DNA of 64,000 nucleotides from Podarcis filfolensis (taxonomy: Eukaryota), in the NCBI GenBank assembly GCA_964270895.1, contig OZ185447.1. One strand, given 5' to 3'. Within the stretch, counting starts at the first letter, position 1, and each line of letters starts with the position of its first letter. Under the pieces are notes generated by a model. The model was given only the letters and a program-made list of their open reading frames with translations. It was not told the origin of the DNA and did no database searches. A program made the translations under genes and the position numbers. Shown here piece by piece: positions 50,884 through 62,934 of the stretch.

Positions 50884-53800
50884 TCAATTTCTTATCAGGG
50901 CAACATCCATGAGATCCTCATCTTCGTCCCCAATCAAAAAATCAGGGCTAGGCCTGGATGGCCTTTCTGACGTAAGAATGGCACTGCTTGTCATAGACAA
51001 AGACTGTTCTGAAGATATAGGAGATTTAGACCAGTTCTCCGTCTTAATGCTGTGAGTTTTCTTTTTGTCTCTCTCTTTATCACGATCCCTATCCCTATCC
51101 CGGTCTTTATCTTTTACTTTCTTCTTTTCTTTTTTGTGTTTCTTATGCTTTTCCAAGCTGTATTCTGGAAGAGGCCGAATTCCATCATCAGAGCTGGGGC
51201 TGTTCTGATAGGATTTCTCTGCTATGGATGATCCCGATTCACTCTCGCTGTCAATGTTTTGCGGGGTATATGCTGGAGACTTACTGTGACTGGGAGAACA
51301 GCGCTCATGCTTTGGAGTAGACCCACTTATTAGTGGTGATCCATAGCTTTTGGAAGATGTCATCTGAGGCCTTAAGCCATCCCCACCTCCTTCCCCAGGC
51401 TTCTGCAAGGTAACTTTGGCTTTAATGCTAGGAGAGCCACCGTCATGTTTGCTGATGATAATCTTGGCCACTCCAGTGCTTCCAACATTCTTTGAATCAG
51501 ATGCCTTTTTGGAAGAGTCAGAGGAGCCTCCTGAAACAGAGACTTTGGATTTCTCCTTGTCACTCCTTTCCCGCTTCCCCTGCAATTCACCTCCAGAGAG
51601 GTTGTGTTTGGAGGACATGGAGTGACTTGAGGAACTGGAACTCTGGACCATCTGTCCATCCATTGAGTCTTCCCCACCAGGGCCACTGGTGACTACACCA
51701 TGCTTGAGTTTGTCAATCACAGCTGTCAAAGATGGCTTTTTGTTCCGGCTTGGGGACTTGCCTTTTGAACTCCCGTGCTGATTCTGAGATGAAGACATGG
51801 AAGAGCTGCCAGATGAGAAGGAAGATGAAGATCCCGCTGAAGAATTTGAAGAAGGGGGTGGCTTCTGGGACATGGAACTGGAGGATCCCATCCCTGAAGA
51901 GGACTTCATGCTTGAACTTGATCCAGTCCCAGACATGTGTGAGCTTCCAGAACCGGAACTAATTGGGGACTTTGCTTTAGACGACGGGGGAGTACCTGGA
52001 ACGGGTTTCATCGGAGAGGCCAGCTTGTCAGAACCGCCCGAGGGTCTAGAATGAGAAGGAGAAATGTTTGGTTTACTCATGGAAGGGTTCATAAGTGATG
52101 AAGGCTTCCCTTGAGGTTTGATCTTGGTACCTCCAGAGCCGCTGCTGAGGCCGTGTTTTGTGATGGGGGAGGACCCGGGCTTTCCCACTGATTGGGTGGA
52201 GCTTTTGGACTGACCTGATCCAGAGCCGCCTTGGCCCGAGTAGAGGCTGCTGCTCATCTTGGACCCAGAAGACCCATCCGACTTGCTGCTCTTTATTTTG
52301 CCCGAGGTCGATGAGGAAGACGAAGAGGACGATGATGACGATGAGGAGGAGGAAGAGGAGGAGGAGGAATGACTGTGATGACTTTTGCTGCTCAAAGAGG
52401 AGACTGAGCCGCTGCTTGTGTACTGCCCATGGGAAGGTTTGCCAACAGTCACTGTTCCCTTGGGAATCTGGATGGTGATTTTGGGTATGGGAGGAGTGGC
52501 TACCCCAGGGGGTGTTTGAGACCTGCCTGAACTTCCAGGAGATTTCGAGCCGCCTGTGCTTGCTGGTGGGGTGAAAGGCCTGGTAGACGAACTATGAGAG
52601 GGAGATTTGCCTTCTGGCTCCACCTTCCTCCGCTTCTGGACCTTTTCTTTACTCTTCCCATCGCTGGATGGGGTGCGGCTGCGTTTTCCACCCTTGCCAT
52701 CTAGCCCAGGGCCCGTTAAAGAACTCCCGGATCCATTACCCTCTTTGACCCGCTTCTGCGACTTTTCCTTCCCCAAATCTCCCGTGCTCAGTAAGGGGCT
52801 CTGGCTTCCACTATGATGCTCCATGACATCAGAGACCCCCAGAGCCTTGCTGGCAGCAGTGATAATACTAAAGTCGACTGTGTCCGCTTGGCTGCTTGCC
52901 TTGAACTTACTCTCCCCTCCATCTCCCCCCAGCACTTGCACGCCCAGAGTACTTATCGTTTGTGATGCAAAGCCCTTGAAGTCATCAGCGTCTCCACTCT
53001 GGCTGCTATCATCAAAGTACTCTTCTCCAAAACCACTTTGGCTCTGGCTGTTCAGGAGGTCAGGGTTGAAATCAACTCCATCAGGGAAAAACTGATTTGA
53101 AGAGTCACTGTTTGGGCTCACAGTGGCATCGGCAATCAGGTCAGCTGGATCAGTGTAAGGGTTTTCACTGTTGTTAGACTGAAAGACATCAGGATCAAAC
53201 AGGGCACTTTGGGAATGCCCTGAACTTGAGGAGTCTCTTACTGGTGTTCCAATAGGAGGGCAATCTTCACTGGTGCTTGGTAGCTTGGATGCTTCCTCTG
53301 CTATGTCAGAAAGGATATCTGTCACATCAGCACCAATGCTGTCTGAGCTGGAGAGCCGAACCATCCTCTGAATACTGGGCTGGGTATGAGGTATAGACTG
53401 TGGATACGTTGTTGGTGGAGTGCTGCACTGACTGGGAGCTGGAGTAATATGAGGGGTATCTAAAGTGTCAGTGGTCATATTGACATCAAAGATGGGATTC
53501 TGGGAGTCAACGTCCATGGAAAACAGCTCTCTCTGGAAGTCATCTTCAGTTTGATGCTTGGGTTTCTCCACCGTGACACGTGATTTTTTCTTCTTTTGCT
53601 TGTTGCCCCCTGGACCCATTTCCATCCTTGGGGAGCCAGAAGAGGAATTTTGCCTCTCAAGTGGGCTGTTTCCATACAGCGTTGAGAAATCTTGAGCTGG
53701 ATTGTCCTTCAACAGGTTCATGAGCATGGGGTGGTTCTTGGTGTTGCTTGCCGGAGATGACACAGGGGGAGGGGTATGGTGTGGAGGCGTGGGACTGGAG

Positions 53801-54157
53801 CCAATAGTGGAGCCCACATTGCCTGTGATTTGTAGCAAGCTTGTAAGGATAGGGTTCTGGGACACTTTGCTGAAGTCTTCCCCGTGGCCCACTGAATCAT
53901 GCCGTTCTTTTATACCCATGCTCATCGTGAACAAGGTGGAGATGGGTCCCCCGGGGAAAGTGTTGGTTGGGGTGGTGGTGCCACTCATTGGGTTGTTGCC
54001 GGTCGTCATGCCATAACCTGGGCTGCTGGCAGGGGGCAGGTTCTTTTTCACCATGTCTTCAACTGTCTCAGCAATGAGGGACAAAGCTGGTGTGTCTGCT
54101 TGGATTGTTTCAGCCTTTCTCCGGATGGCTCTCATGGTCACAGGTATTGACATGCAT
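50884..54157 (-). CDS. MED1: MED1 terminal giant coding exon (3274 nt incl. stop): (R)CMSIPVTMRAIRRK...DLMDVALIRN*, with NR boxes and the Ser/Lys-rich IDR
   Basis: Uninterrupted ORF of more than 1000 codons, collinear with the vertebrate MED1 C-terminal two-thirds. Acceptor ccttatAG at 54158-54160, phase 2 fits the preceding exon. Confidence 0.98.
53710..53724 (-). other. MED1: MED1 NR box 2 (LMNLL)
   Basis: LxxLL within HPMLMNLLKDNP. Confidence 0.95.
53833..53847 (-). other. MED1: MED1 NR box 1 (LTSLL)
   Basis: LxxLL within QNPILTSLLQIT. Confidence 0.95.
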
Positions 54158-56022
54158 CTATAAGGCAAGGTGGAGAAAAGCTGGTTTAGTGTCATCCTTG
54201 CCAGCAGTAAGTTCCCCCATGAAGCTAAAAGCTGTACTCATTATAAACAATTATGAGCAGTGTTAGGTACACCTCTATAGAGTGAGCCTGACTTCTGTAC
54301 TACTCAGGCACACTATATACAGGAATATAAACTTTTACTCTTTTTTCTAGAGGCGAATTCTCCACCACAGCAACAAAGTAGCAACTGAGGAGTAAGGAAG
54401 CCCTACTCAATTCATTAAAGTTCTCATTAATAAATAGGTGAATGTACTCTTTTTAAAAGAGAGTTCCTACTTTATCTTCTTATTCCATGAACATGACAAA
54501 ATCAAAGCATGTTAAGGCTTTGCTGAACTGAAGAGCCTGTTCAAGTAAATATGGCCTAAGTAAATATGCCACATTTTGAAAATGCTAAACTGAAGAACTG
54601 GCATCGTTACAGGAGGGATGGGGGACCCGCAGTCCTCCAGATGTTGTCCTATTGGCTATGTGTGGTGGGTCTGATAGGAATTGGGAAGTCCAACATCTGG
54701 TGGTCTATAGGTTACTCACCCCTGAATTACAAAGTAAAGTACAGGACAGACAGATCTAGGCACTCCTTTCATACATGGCTATGCACATTAATGAAACCCA
54801 AATTCTGAACTTCAAATAAATCATTTCTATTCACATCAAGATGAATTTGGTTATTTTATTCATTTTACTCCTTTCTCTAAAGACTATAGAGATAGCTTGA
54901 AGGCCCAGAAGAGATAGAAAACATCATTCTTCAGATTCAGTTAACAGAAGACATAAATTCTACATGTATCATTTCAGCATACATGAAAGTGTGCACAACA
55001 TATAGAGACCATCATGGGTGAAAAACACATGCCTATTTTCTAGAAGGTCGCTGGGTAACCACAGCTAAATGCAAGCTGTAAAATATAAAGTGCATGCACT
55101 TTTCACAAATTGTGTACATGCTTCATATACTCTTCTTCCTACACAAAGTGTACAAAATTGCCTTATGTCACTGGTGCATGGACAAGCAGCTGTCTCAAAC
55201 TTCTGCTCCTGGAGGAAAGCTCCTTATCACCAGCAGTAAAAGCAACCCACAGAAGACAGGACTGAGCCTTTTCCTTTTGATAGACAGAAGGGAACCCAAA
55301 TGCCTTTAATAATTAGAAATCAGCAGCTGACCTTAAATCCAACTCTAAGTTGCAGAGAGCTTTTAATACCAAAGCACACCATCCAAGATAGCATAGTCTG
55401 AGTTGATAGGTAAGGTCTGTCAAAGTGTGGGCACGAGAAATTTTGAGAAAACCACAGAAGGATGGACTTGCTGCAGTGCCACAAATCTCCATGAGGATTA
55501 TTGGACATGAAAGGTAACAGAAGTTCTAGTTACCTCTTTCTACTTTTATTTGCCATCTATTATATTTTGTTATAAATATATGTAGATAAATAGATAAAAG
55601 AAGGAGAAATGTAGAGATGGAAAGCAGGAGCTTCAAGTTAATTCTGGCTGAAAGGGAAGCTAGTGATTGCAGTGTGATGGAAGGCATGTGTCCCAAACAT
55701 TTAAAGCAATCCGCCCCCCCCCAAAAAAAAACAGGAAAAGGAAAAGGTTTAGGATGCCATTGCTTTAAGGATTAGCCCAGAAACTTTCCTCCCTTGCGTA
55801 GGGTAGGCTCTCATTACTGGAAAAAAAAACTGCTGTGTATGTAGACCTTTACTGCTGTCACCATTAGAGCAGAATATAAAAAGGATGGTAGGAAAATGTT
55901 ACTGTAAAATTATTTTTCCCTTGGTAAAACGTTAATGTAAGTGACCCCTGAGTTACCAGGTTTATATTTAACCACTGTCTTCAAAGATCAGTTTTGATTC
56001 TGGCTTAAGCAGTATGACATAC

Positions 56023-56128
56023 CTTTGAACAACTTTAGCAATGAAGTCATCTGTGCAGATGAGTGCATCAGAGAGCCCTTTATACAATTTGCAGTTCACA
56101 TGTGTAGAATCTTGCACATCCATTACCA
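56023..56128 (-). CDS. MED1: MED1 penultimate coding exon (106 nt): (V)VMDVQDSTHVNCKLYKGLSDALICTDDFIAKVVQ(R)
   Basis: Peptide matches MED1. Acceptor tctttcAG, donor GTatgt, phase 1 to 2. Confidence 0.97.
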
Positions 56129-56249
56129 CTGAAAGACACAGAGGCATCACAGGGAGGTCATTAAATCGAAAATGTGTCCATCTTCATTCAATGACTGTTT
56201 ATTCATACATATTTTTCCCCCTCTTAAAACCCTCCATCCAGCAACTTAC

Positions 56250-56345
56250 CACAAACTAGAGAGTCATTTACAGGATGCTGAAAGGACACACTGAAACAGG
56301 AATCTGACAGAGGGCAGACTTCAAACTGCAGGATGCCTGGGGAAT
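56250..56345 (-). CDS. MED1: MED1 coding exon (96 nt): (D)SPGILQFEVCPLSDSCFSVSFQHPVNDSLVC
   Basis: Peptide matches MED1. Acceptor tctttccAG, donor GTaagt, phase 1 to 1. Confidence 0.97.
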
Positions 56346-57025
56346 CTGGAAAGACAAAAGAGCTTGCTAGCAAAGGCCATGAGCTTAAAAAGTCATGTTC
56401 ACCCTATAGATAAAATAAGGGAAAGAGAGAAAGATGTTCATACTTTTATTTGCAGCTCAACTAAGACAGGGAAAAATAGGTCAGGAAACATCTGATGGTG
56501 CATGGGTTGGGTAACAGCTACTCTAATCTTTTCAAAGTTTATGTTTATTATGTTAGCTGCTTCAAGTTTACTCTGGAAGGAAGAGTCTTCTATTAATTTT
56601 AATAAAATAAATATTAGTTTGGTGCATTGTGGGCTTTGCCTGCTAACTGCCGTGTGAGCAGTTTGCTTTAGGGCCTGTTTTCTTTTGTTTTTTATACTCT
56701 TGCTTAGTTTCCTTACTAACTGAATGGAAATCCTGAACCTGAACTTACTGGCTATCTGGTTCATGCCTCCTTACACTATTCAGAATTTTGATATGGTCAA
56801 TAAATGCAAGGGTTGAGAAGCAACAACAGTACTAAGAGTACAAGTATTAACATACATAAATGGATAGAAAAACTGATCTTCCTAGGCAAGTGAAATAAAT
56901 TGGAGGAAAAGCCAAAGGAGTCAGCTGCTGTAGTGATTCAAACCTAACAACATCTGGAGAAGACTGACAAGATTATAGAGACCAATATGTTTTTATAAAT
57001 TCTTCAGGCAATGTACCATGGGTAG

Positions 57026-57063
57026 CACTCACCTTCTTTTAAGACACTCACCTTCTTTTAAGA
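57026..57063. repeat. Perfect 19-nt tandem duplication spanning a MED1 exon/intron junction
   Basis: cactcaccttcttttaaga at 57026-57044 and 57045-57063. Confidence 0.95.
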
Positions 57064-57253
57064 CTGTTCGCTTGACACAGCTGCCTATCAGAGTGTTGTA
57101 GGCCACCTGATGCCTGATCAAATTGAGGATGAGAGGAACCCGACTAGGATGGTGGAAAGCAATTTTGCTGAGCAGAGTTCCCTGAAGACTTCGTCCATCT
57201 GGCAACGGGGCATCTTTGTTGAGGAAGTAGCAGTGCTGCTGACCTGGCAAAGC
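57052..57253 (-). CDS. MED1: MED1 coding exon (202 nt): ALPGQQHCYFLNKDAPLPDGRSLQGTLLSKIAFHHPSRVPLILNLIRHQVAYNTLIGSCVKRTVLKE
   Basis: Peptide matches MED1. Acceptor ataacAG. The frame-preserving donor GTgagt is at 57051, phase 0 to 1. Confidence 0.96.
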
Positions 57254-57524
57254 CTGTTATGGAGAGGGCACACACAACCTCACATTTACTACTTGGTAAA
57301 GTATGGATGGGTGCTACAAAATCACACATAGCCAGGAGATGAAAACCAAACTATTGTTTTTGAAGAACAAAACTGCATTATTCATTTTTACGTTATTCCA
57401 CCCTTTTCCAAAAAGTCCTACTAGTGGCAGTGGAAGGTGAGCAATGGCTCTAACAAAAACAGATACAACAAAAGCACTGTGTGTCCACAGTAAAAAAGGT
57501 AGGAACCAGTGCTATACCTTAGGC

Positions 57525-57652
57525 CAGGGTTTCCCAAATTTGGGTGTTTGGGGACTACAATTCCCAGCAAGCCTGACCATTGGTCCTGCTAGCTAGGGAT
57601 GATGGGAGTTGTAGTCCAAAAACAACTAGAGACCCAAGTTTGGGAAACTCCG
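57525..57652. mobile_element. Palindromic MITE (family of 22157-22294)
   Basis: Ends cagggtttcccaaa / tttgggaaactccg. Internal ggactacaattccc...gggagttgtagtcc. Confidence 0.7.
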
Positions 57653-58033
57653 CTAGGTTGTATTTGCTTTCTTTGGGGCTCAATTATATGGCTTGCCTAG
57701 TTAATACTTAATCTTCTGGTACTGGGATGAAAATAAGATCTCATTATATACCATCTCATGCTATTTTTTCTAGACATCAGTATAAGTTTAGCAACAGCAG
57801 CATAATTACTTTGTCTTTTGAAGAGTCAGTTGAAAGTATTATCAATACATAACGCCAAAAATTCTCTTTTGCAGATCACTAATCATATCATATGAGGTTC
57901 TTAGAACAGGAATTGCCTTCATTCCTTTCAGTCCAAGGTTCAGTTTCTCTACTGCACTTCTCTCAATAATATTCTCTCTTAAAAGCAAACTTGAGTAGTG
58001 GAACATCTATCAGTTAGGAATCAAAATGGGGCC

Positions 58034-58073
58034 ATCATTGGTCCAGCATACAGATCATTGGTCCAGCACACAG
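58034..58073. repeat. 20-nt tandem duplication (1 mismatch)
   Basis: atcattggtccagcatacag / atcattggtccagcacacag. Confidence 0.9.
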
Positions 58074-58612
58074 AGCAGGGCATACCCTAGATTTAGTCTT
58101 TTGCTCCAGGTGGAAAGGGTGGTGGTCTGGAAATAGGAGGGGTAGATTTCCCTCCCATTGTCATGGTCAGACTACTTCCTGTTGAGGTTTGGACTTGCAG
58201 TGACAACTCTCCCCTACAAGGGTGGAATGCCTATCCTCAGATGCTGATTGAATCCGATTCCTGACTGTTCTGGGTTTTCTCAGTAGATAGGGCAGGAGAT
58301 CCTGCTGAGGCCCTAGTCTATACAAGCAATTAAGAAAACAACTTTCCATAATGGTTAGTTGATGGTCTTTGATTTTAAAATAAGTGTTTTCATTATACAC
58401 AGATATGGTTGCAAACAGCTTTGATTTTTTATGAGATAGCAGGATGTAAATATTTTTCTAAATAAAATAACTGGGAAAATAAAAAGGTGTCCTGGAACCA
58501 CAGTCATGGGATTCCCTGTTCCAAGAAAGCTTGAGCCTTTAACAGAAGTGCTCCAGATAAGGGGTGGAAAAACACTGCACTATTTTGTCGCAAATCCCCA
58601 GTTAATGTGTAC

Positions 58613-58819
58613 CAGGGGTCAGCAACCTTTTCCAGCCGTGTGGGGGGCCATACTATATTTTTTTGGGGGGGGGATGAATTCCTATGCCCCACAAATAACC
58701 CAGAGATGCATTTTAAATAAAAGCACACATTCTACTCATGTAAAAACACACAGATTCCTGAACCGTCCGCGGGCGATTGGGCAGCATCCGGCCCACGGGC
58801 CTTAGGTTGCCTACCTCTG
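58613..58819. mobile_element. hAT-like MITE (same family as 36241-36498)
   Basis: Ends caggggtcagcaacc / ggttgcctacctctg. 8-bp TSD atgtgtac / ctgtgtac. Confidence 0.85.
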
Positions 58820-59124
58820 CTGTGTACTTTACGACCACTCTTCCCTGAAGTCTCAAGATAAAGAACAATGGTGGAACTTCACCATAATTTATACTGAAGG
58901 CAACATCTAAACCTACCACAAATTCTCTAACGATGTAAAGTATTCCAGTGAGAAAACATAGATTTTCTATAGTCAGATCATATAACCTGTCTAATCATGA
59001 AAAGCTATATATAGGATCCTGTATTAAAATTACTGATATTTAGCTGAATGTGCACCTAGAATTTACCAACCTTCTCACATTCTGTGGGTGAAGGTAATTT
59101 ATGAAATCCCCACCTATAACTTAC

Positions 59125-59243
59125 CGCATAAAAGCGCATATTATGATTCAATGGTCCAGGGTCATCTTCCTTGGATAGCTCAAACTGTGTGATAAGCTCA
59201 TATAAGGGGACATACGTTGGAGGGGTTTCAAACAATGGAATGC
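59125..59243 (-). CDS. MED1: MED1 coding exon (119 nt): (G)IPLFETPPTYVPLYELITQFELSKEDDPGPLNHNMRFYA
   Basis: Peptide matches MED1. Acceptor tttctcAG, donor GTaagt, phase 1 to 0. Confidence 0.97.
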
Positions 59244-60247
59244 CTGAGAAAAGAAAAAAAACTATAACCACCCACCCAGAGATTTGTCCTCTCATAAAAT
59301 ACAAGCATTAGCTGTTACCTACAACTTGTATTTGTACTAGAGGGGATCTCAATAATTTTCACTACAACTTGACATGAGAGATGCTTGTTGCAGCGTCAAA
59401 TTTCTATAATCAGTTATCCAGAAACCACTTGTGTTTAATATATTCCAATGTGGATATTTGAATGCTAGGAACTGTGAAATTCTTGACATGGAGCTAACAT
59501 GAAAATCAGCGTGATCTTATGGAGCGCTGCACCTGGGAGAGATGGGTTCAAATACCTGAACACTAATAAATTACACTAGTAATCTTGAAGAAGAAGCAGC
59601 AGCAGGATCTTAAACAAGTATATTAGTGAGATAGCCCTCCCATGATCTGTGTGAAGATGAATGAGAAAAGTAGTAGCATTAAAGGCAATCTAAAAGGCCT
59701 GAGAGTAATCCAACCTCTGTGCCATGGAAGGCCACATACTGGTCCCTCCCCAATTAGGCAAATTACATGTTTTTCTGTATCTGCTTGCTCTGAGCCATTT
59801 GTTTGACTGAAAAATTAACGTCTCTACGGATTTGGCTTGGATTTAAACAAACACAAAAAACTAGTAACAAAAACAGATTGAGAAGATTAGCTTTTAAGTG
59901 GTCAGTAGGGATATGGGGAAAAGGATGAAGACATCCATTTGCTCTCATTAATACAAGACTCTGCTTAGCATTACTCTGATTTCTTGCCTTTTCCCAATTG
60001 TATCATTTGGGTTAATCAGTTCCATGATTAACATTAGACACTTTGGGTTTTTTTAAAAAACAGTCTGAAGCTGCAGGTATATGGATCTAGGCTGCAGAAA
60101 TGCTGAAGAACAGGGGAGCAAATATTCATATCAACCCTACATTTAAAATGCTTTGACTGCTGCCCTCTAGGTGTCAGGTTATGGCACCAAATACATCACT
60201 GATGCTAGCAAAACTCTATCAACAGCTTATCTGAAGACATGACTGAC

Positions 60248-60372
60248 CTGTGCAGTTCTGAAGTTTCTGAATGAAAGCCCGAGAAACTGGAATAGGCCTT
60301 GGGAACTTCAAGAAGAAGCAAGCTGGCAAATCAACACTATTGGCACTGGTGATTGAGGAGAAAGAAGGTGTC
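60248..60372 (-). CDS. MED1: MED1 coding exon (125 nt): (G)TPSFSSITSANSVDLPACFFLKFPRPIPVSRAFIQKLQNCT
   Basis: Peptide matches MED1. Acceptor ttctttAG, donor GTcagt, phase 2 to 1. Confidence 0.97.
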
Positions 60373-60601
60373 CTAAAGAAGAAAAGATTACAATAGTATT
60401 ACATCTGGGTTCATGCAAATACTTTTTTTTTAACATTAGGAAGGCTGTAAATACACTTTTATTCCAACAAGCCTTTGTTCTGGGTAACTAATTTATGCCG
60501 TTAGAAAACTAATATATGCATTGTCCATCTTGGATGACCTTATGGAATCATTCTAATTCATTATGGTAAAATAGCACCAACAAATGGTGCCTGTTTCTTA
60601 C

Positions 60602-60713
60602 CCTTTGTTGTCCACTGGATGAGATCCCATAATGAGAGGGGCAATTGGAAGTTTGTTCATTGTCAGTGTTCCCTCAATTGTAACACATATGTTCATACCC
60701 AGGTAGCGAGGAA
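60602..60713 (-). CDS. MED1: MED1 coding exon (112 nt): (V)PRYLGMNICVTIEGTLTMNKLPIAPLIMGSHPVDNK
   Basis: Peptide matches MED1 (KLPIAPLIMGSHPVDNK). Acceptor ctttcAG, donor GTaaga, phase 1 to 2. Confidence 0.96.
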
Positions 60714-61645
60714 CTGAAAGTGGAGGCAAGTGTTAACTTTTCAAACAACTGTATTAAATAAAAATAAAAATCCACTGCGCAGCAACGGGTAATAAACTGG
60801 ATGTTATGCATTGCTTATCAGCATCATGCACTAAAACCCTGAAAAGAATTGATCTGGAGGGCCATAGGTTTCCTACACCTGCTTTAAGGAATAAGTACTT
60901 TAAAAATCGAGGGAGTGCCTATTTTACTCCACTTCTCTAATTTGAAAGACCATCAGGTGTGGTGCAATCAGAATAAGAGGGAAGAAGAATGGGTGCAGTG
61001 GCAGCAAGTTGGGCCAGCCATGGAAAAAACACACAAATGGGTTCAATTTGTCACTTGGCTGTTTACTACGGTATTTAGTCTTTGCAACAAGCTGCAAACT
61101 TCATGGCTGGGGGTTTAATGTACAAGGTCCACTGCAGGTCCAGTACTGACATTTAGGCTAGATAATTTTCAGAATACTCCATCATGCTTACAATCATTAA
61201 CCAGAAAACCAGAGAGTACAAGCTTATGTTTCCTACTAATAACCTTTGTCTCTTAAAAAAACAAAACACAAACCTACTACTACTACAGTAATCTGAACTC
61301 ATTATTTAATTGCCTCACTGTTAATCAAGACATGCACCTGTCAAGAAACTTGCCTGGAGTCTAGATAAATTAGTAATCCACGGGAATGTTAATAGGACTG
61401 CTTGTTGATAAACATCAGACAGTGTTGGAATATAAGAAGCTGTCAATACTCAACTGACTATATACTATACTATTTCAATATACAAACATTGGGGGGGGGG
61501 AATATCTATACTTAGAAAAACACAAATAAACCTTATACCAAAATAAAAGAAATCTGCTGCTTGGGGTTCAAAGAAAACCTTCAATATAATCCAAGGTGTG
61601 TTCAGAATGCACATTTGGAAGCAGAAAGCGTATCTAGAAACATAC

Positions 61646-61735
61646 CGTTGTTCTCATTCAGAATAATAGGAGCTCCAGTACCTTCCTCAATCAAATCATA
61701 GGGTGAAACATAATACTTCAGATTCATCAGGTGAC
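61646..61735 (-). CDS. MED1: MED1 coding exon (90 nt): (G)HLMNLKYYVSPYDLIEEGTGAPIILNENN
   Basis: Peptide matches MED1. Acceptor ttctttcAG, donor GTatgt, phase 1 to 1. Confidence 0.96.
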
Positions 61736-62860
61736 CTGAAAGAAGAAAGCTTGTTAATGGGAAAGGGAACACAATGGGGTTGGGAAGGTCAGAAGTGATG
61801 CCTATGTGTTGATCTGGACATAAAAAATTATGTCCACCTAGCATTCTATGTAATTAGGAAGGTCACAGCTCTTAGGACAAAGATCTACAAATTTTAGGGT
61901 TTGGGGGTTAATTTTTCGTACTACCCACCACCTTCTATTCTCTTTCGCATGAAGTTCCATGTATTCCCAAATCTCATTCTCTTATCTGTGAAGCAGAATC
62001 CCATCACTATGACTTACAGATCTCACCAGCCCTGATCACTGGCTATGCTGGTTGGGACTTTTGGGAGTTGTAGACAAAACTCAGGATTGACAAGGCTGCT
62101 CTACCATAGAATAAATTCTGTCCAAACAGCTGGGTTTTTGCTTCAAAGAGTGTCTTAGTTCAATAAACGTGGAAGACTAAAGGTCATCAACTACATTCCT
62201 TTTCCTCTCATGGCACTTAAGATGTGGCTCAGTCTTGAGAATATGCCACCTTCATATCATGACCTTCTTACAAGGAATTCAGGGTGGCATATGTAGCATT
62301 GTTTTTATTCTTACAACAATCCCATGAGAAAAATGGCCTGCTTAGTATCCACCAAGCAACTTCATAGTAGAGTAGGGATTCCAACACCCGGAATCAACAG
62401 AGAAACCACAGTCGTATACTGGCTATGAGCAAAAAAAACCCCAACAACCCAGTAATTTATGATGTGACTCATGTATACCTAATTTACCAAACATGTATTC
62501 AGAAGCTCTGAAGGTTCTTAGTCCTGCTGATGGCTATATCTGGGGTTGGGAAAGAATTTTCCTTGAAGTCACTTTGGCTGCAGATTCTGAGAATATTTTG
62601 CCTTTCCTGTTAAGAGGTAGATCACTTGCATTTATGGAGCTCTTTGCTTTGCTAGCTAGCAGTCTTCCAGTATGCATCTTTTCTCTGCTTATGGCATACT
62701 GGATAGGCTGAGCTCCATAAGGGGCTAATATGTGGATGGGTATTTCAACTCTTTAACAAAAAAAAAAGCATTGCACCATTTCACAAGTCATCTTTAAATA
62801 GAAAAAATGGGCAGTATTGTGAAATGGACTCCTCTTCTGTCACAATATACAGTCGCCTAC

Positions 62861-62934
62861 CTCCACTCCTTGGGGTGAGATAGCCAACACTGCCATGCAG
62901 AATCTTGTCCAAAGGGCTTGCATTGGTGGCTTGC
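62861..62934 (-). CDS. MED1: MED1 coding exon (74 nt): (W)QATNASPLDKILHGSVGYLTPRSG
   Basis: Peptide matches MED1. Acceptor gcttgtAG, donor GTaggc, phase 2 to 1. Confidence 0.96.

Noticed and set aside
51372-54150. Many overlapping antisense and alternate-frame ORFs within the MED1 terminal exon
   Set aside because: Expected shadows of a long, low-complexity Ser/Gly/Pro coding exon, with no recognisable domains.
54158-54195. N-terminal MTLNQLFSTLPY of the 1103-aa ORF as a real start of a stand-alone protein
   Set aside because: These codons are intron read-through upstream of the TAG acceptor at 54158-54160. The phase-compatible upstream exon supplies the true sequence, and there is no promoter evidence.
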